Positions 59,707 through 64,000 of a stretch of 64,000 bases of DNA are shown one piece after another (within the stretch, counting starts at the first letter, position 1; the number at the start of each line of letters is the position of its first letter). Where the stretch lies: contig OY253668.1 of NCBI GenBank assembly GCA_958009085.1, positions 1,860,001 to 1,924,000 on the forward strand, in the 5' to 3' direction. This DNA is from Protoeuglena noctilucae (Eukaryota). The notes beneath the pieces are model-generated. The model saw only the letters and a list, made by a program, of their open reading frames with translations. It searched no databases and was not told where the DNA came from. The translations under genes and the position numbers were made by a program.

Positions 59707-62700
59707 TCAGATGCTCCCTAACGCCCCGAAAACCCTGCCGGGCCTGGAGATGACCCCGTCGGGCCGCGCTCGCGTGGCCACGAATGTGCAACTGTCGTTG
59801 TCGACGCCCCTGCGGCAGCGGAACGGCGCATCTGTGGGTTGGACTGCGTGATGTTGCACAGAACCCAACCACACCCGCAATGCCCGACACCCGTCGCCCC
59901 ACTCACCACAGCCCGACGCGCCAGCGGGACGGGTCTCCCGACTCCCCCGCCCAAATGGGTTCCCCTCCCGCCACGGCGGCCTCGAAGCACAGGTCCTCCC
60001 GCACGCAGCGCACGGCGACGGACCGGGGCTCCTCGAGCCGCGGCACGGCCACGCATCCGAGCGCCACGTACCCCGGGGGAGGCACCGGCTCCCAGAGCGT
60101 CACGGCGCGGCCCGGGAGGGACGCGTCGCGCCAAACGAGCAGGAAATCCACGGGCGCGGCGAGCCGCGGCGCGTCGGTGCCCAGCTCGACGTCGTCGCGC
60201 ATGACGTAGACGGGCTGCTCGGGCTCCTGGTGGCCGTAGACGAGCACGTCGCCGACGCTCGAGTAGCCCGCGGGGGGCACGGGGCGCCAGACGCTGAGGG
60301 GCGGCCGGCCCGTGCGGTAGTCCTGGTCGCCACGCCACTGCAGGCGGTAGGCGAGGCAGGGTAGCCGCCCCGGGCAGAGCTGCGGGGACCCGGGGGGGCT
60401 GTCGGACACCGGAGCGTCCGCGGGGGCCGCGGCGCTGCCGAGCGGGGGCGCCCGCGACACGTGGGGCGCCACGAGGTGGTCGGAGACCCATGTGTCCTGG
60501 GCGTGGCGCCGACGCACGATCTGCAGCACGCGCCGGGCGACCACGGCGCGGTTGGTCCCGGTTTTGAACCCCACGGCGCGCGACAGCGTGGCCCCCGCGC
60601 CGCCCTCGCCGCCCTCCTGCCCCAGCAGCCCGCTGAGGATCCACCCTCCCGCGTCTTCCGCAGATGCCAAGTCGAGTCCCTTCAGGTGCAGCACGAGCAC
60701 GTCCGGGGGCTGCCCGGGCCCCGCGGAGGGGCTCATGCGGAGCTCGAGCGCGAGCACGTCGACCCATGGCGCCTCCCACATGGGAGCCACGCGGAGGAGG
60801 CGGGGGTCGTTGCCAGAAACGTCGAGGGCGCCGGCGTCCGGGGCACGCACGAGGGCCACGCGGAGGTTGGTGGCGACGAGGATCTGCTCGTGCGTGACGA
60901 CCATGTGCCACTCGTACCCCTCCGCGGCCATGCGGTGGGCCAGGAGCGTGGCGGCATCCACGCGAGCTTCCGGCAGGGATGCCGCCATCGCCGCCTGCTG
61001 CTCAAACATGGCCAGCACCACCGCGGCGCCCACGGACTCGGCGTGACTGCGACGAAGGAACGCGGGGCGGGCATGGCTCTTTGCGAATCTAGACAGGCAG
61101 TTGAACTGAGAGCACCGCACATCGATGCGAGCCCAGGACAGTCCTTGCCTGTACGGCCGAGCGACGCCGTCCCCGGTGACGACCCTGGGGAGTCGCTTCC
61201 TCGGCGGCACAGCGGGCGCCGCGCCCAGCGTCTCTTTGATGTCCTTTACGGTCCCTAAGGCGCCCTCGGCTGTTCGCGACACCAGGTCGATGGCGCCACT
61301 CACGGGCTGCGTAACCACGCCCACGAGGCCCTTGGCCACGCCGCGCGCGAAGCCGCGGAAGCCCTGCTGCGCCGCGCCCTGCGGAGGAGAGGGCGGGTCG
61401 GATGGCGTGGGTACAGGCAGCGCGGGGGCTTGAAGGCAACCGCGGGGACTGCATCGAGAGAATGGCATGGAGCGGGCGTGACATGGTGACAGCTAAGGAT
61501 CAACGACTCGCATGCTTTGCATCGCATGTCAGCCCAATCCACTCCACCGCAAGTGGGCCCGCTCTGCTGTGCCTCTCGCCTCCATAGGTTTGGTGAGCAG
61601 CCCCGTAACGCCCCTCCAGACGCCCTTGGCGAGGCTCTCGCCGCCCGCGGCCACCCCGGACGCGAGATCCGTGACCTGGCCCCTCTGGGCGCCCTGGGGC
61701 CGGAAGCCCTGGTCCATGGCCAGGCCCGACACGACTGACGCGAAGTGGTCGAGCACCCGCGTGGCGCCCTTGCCCCAGGAAGCGGCGAAGAGGACCTTGG
61801 ACCATTGGCTGAGGAGCTGCCGGGTGATGTGGCGCCACAGCCCGGCGACGAGGGCGCTCTGCCTGACGAGCTGCTCCCCTCGGGTCACGCCCAGCAGGCG
61901 CAGTCGCACTTGCTCCAGGTTGGCGAATGCCATGCTGATGCCCAAACCGAGGCCGGCGAGGCCCGCGCGGAAGGACTGGGGCCGCGTGGACTCATCGGAC
62001 GAGAAGGTGATGACCGCGGGGAGCGGCTCAAGCCGGAGGATGCCCAGTCGCACGACCGGGTCCGAGGCAGCGGCGGCGGTGGTGGGGCCGGCGCTGGGGA
62101 ACACCGCGGCGAGGGAGTTGGAGAAGGAAAAGAGGCGCCAGACCAGGGGCTCGTCGATCATCAGGTGCGGACCGCCCACGACCTGCGATGGAAGGTGGGT
62201 GGGCGAGCGCAGTGGGTGGGTACGGGGTGGGATGAGGTGGGCAGCGAGTGCGGAAGTGGCATACAACGGGGTAGCACATTGTAGATACGTGGCGAAGGAG
62301 GGGACTCGCCTGGAGTAGGAGGAATGGGACGTGCGTGACGGCATGGGTGCGGGTGGAGGTGTGCTGCACGGACACGCTCACGGCCGGCCAGGCGTCGTGG
62401 CAGGGCTCGGGGCGGACCCAGTGGAGCGCGACGGGGTGCGCGGTGCGGAGCATGTTGTCCACCTGCGAAGGGACGGGGCGGGGGGTGGGCGATTGTCAAC
62501 CTCATGATTGTTGGCAGGGGCGCACTGGTGGTGAGCATGGGTGATTATGGGCGTGGTGGTGGGTTAGTGTTAGCAGCGCCGAGCGTCGGCCCAGTGCCAC
62601 CGCTCGTGCAGCAGGCGGCTAGCGACTTGCCTGGAGGCTGTGGAGCGACGCCCGGAGGCGCGTGCTGGCCTGGATGCCTAGGCCCGTGCGAAGGTGCACT

Positions 62701-64000
62701 TGGACCCCCGTTACTGACACCAGCACCAACTCCTGCAACTGCTGGTCGATTACTGCGGGTGCGAAGAGGGCTGGCCAGTTGCTGAGCCCCTAAGGACGGT
62801 CGCTCAAGGGCAGCATACCCGTCCCATCGCTGTGCGTGCCAAGAGACAAGTGCTTGCAGTACCAGCAGTGCTGCCCACATTGCCACCTCAGTCTCACCGG
62901 ACAGGTCCATGGCCGCGACGGCCACGTGCAGCGTCACGGGCGTGGCGGGCCCCGCCTTGGGAGCGCGGGACTCGAGGGTGGCCGCCCCCGCCGGCTGCAG
63001 CACGAGCACTTGCGTTACGGCACGAGGGCCGCCCACGGCGGCCGCCCACTTCTCCGATGCAGAAGCGCCCTCCTCGGGGCTGCGGAATCCAAAAGAGGCA
63101 ATTAAATATTGCAATCAAATACACTAGCAGCGATGCAACAGTGACCGGACTTCAGCCCTCCCAAACGCCCTGCCACGCATCGCCCTCCACCGCCACACCC
63201 TCGCAGCCCTTCAACGCAGCCCCACAGCGCCTTGCCACCCCCACCACCCCCGACATCTCACCCGTACGACAGCAGGGCCCCCTTGGCCACCATCACGTCC
63301 GCACGCACCCCCGCCGCGTGACCTGGCACCCCCCCGACCTCATCCGCACTGGCAAGGTCCTCCAGTCGCGCGTGGCCCAGGCTCATCAGCGCCTCGCTCT
63401 CCACGTCCGCGTCGCCGGGCACACCTCCCGTGGGGGTGGCGCATGCACCCAGGATATAGGTGCGTGGTGCGTGCACCATCGGCGCACCCGTGTCGTCCTG
63501 GAGCGCCACCTCCGCCACCGGCCACGCCCCCGGCACCTGCCACGACACGCCCGCCGCGTGCATCGGCGGCACGCGCAGGGGAGGCAGGCGGCCTCGGGGC
63601 GTGCACGGGCGCAGGGACGCCGGGAGCGCTGCGGGCGTGGGCAATGACATGTGCGTGACTGACATGACATGTGGAAGATATGTGATGTGGCGAGTAACTA
63701 TCGATCAATTGGTCGTCCACCAGTGCACTCGTTCGCAGCATACCAGCAAGGAACCATGCATGCGCTGCAATGCGACTTGCTCGGCAAGCACCCAGCTGCC
63801 GTGTGTTGCATGAAAGCGTCTCACCGGTGGCGTTGACGATGATGTGTAAGGGATCGATCGCCACGGGTCCCACCTCCACGCGCACCACCCCGCTGGCCGT
63901 CCGGCCCACACGCACCGTCACCATGACCCAAGCGCCAGAGACCGAAGCGCCCATCACCAGCACCCCGCGCGCGCGCTTGGCGGCGCGAGAGAGCAGCTCC
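59707..64000 (-). CDS. VPS13: VPS13-family lipid transfer protein, 3' part (plant VPS13M type with terminal Vps62-like domain); partial
   Basis: LQVDNML, AKGVWRGVTGLLTKPMEGAAQQGFRGFARGVAKGLVGVVTQPVSG..DL.S, RKRLPRV, PH-like segment, SVWRPVPPAGYSSVGD, LWEPVPPPGYVALGCVA, LWGVDNDSCTFVA; TGA at 59709-59707. Confidence 0.92.

Noticed and set aside
62545..62900. Apparent foreign insert or long intron in VPS13
   Set aside because: Contains a normal VPS13 exon (VIDQQLQELVLVSV...HSLQ) in another frame with a GC donor.
1..64000. Introner-type repeated introns, transposons, RNA genes
   Set aside because: By eye the introns share only splice signals; no transposase/RT, TIR/LTR, rRNA, tRNA or snRNA recognised. 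An all-vs-all intron alignment and an Rfam scan would be decisive.
4460..64000. Membrane-contact-site cluster (Vps62-like, SMP-C2, TBC, VPS13)
   Set aside because: The genes are scattered among unrelated genes; consistent with chance.

Overview
GC-rich, intron-dense eukaryotic nuclear DNA, most likely a compact flagellated green alga. That assignment is inferred from plastid transit peptides, plant-type SHAQKYF MYBs, a plant VPS13M-type C-terminus and a 4-domain voltage-gated channel. I reconstructed about 24 spliced genes by eye, so exon boundaries and some starts are approximate. In order: a partial gene, a two-repeat membrane protein, UBC6, a Vps62-like protein, a plastid HAD-IG 5'-nucleotidase, a plastid PDZ protein, a hexokinase-like protein, TOM40-like, a small plastid membrane protein, a tandem rhodanese, two SHAQKYF MYBs flanking a plastid TPR gene, a 1-Cys peroxiredoxin, an ARM-like protein, TBC1D20, a small secreted protein, a synaptotagmin-like SMP-C2 protein, a small 4-TM protein, a Cys-motif hypothetical, MYND-CS, a 4x6TM Cav/Nav-like channel, a membrane class III cyclase, an orphan, and the 3' part of VPS13. 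No rRNA, tRNA, CRISPR array or transposon was recognised. The most notable signals are four. (1) The hexokinase has its catalytic Asp replaced by Asn and lies head-to-head with a divergent TOM40. (2) The channel has an S/D/D/D filter and an unexplained frame break, and is immediately followed by a cyclase with an unrecognised multi-TM sensor and atypical specificity residues. (3) The Prx6 has a spliced-on tail anchor. (4) GC-AG introns are unusually frequent.
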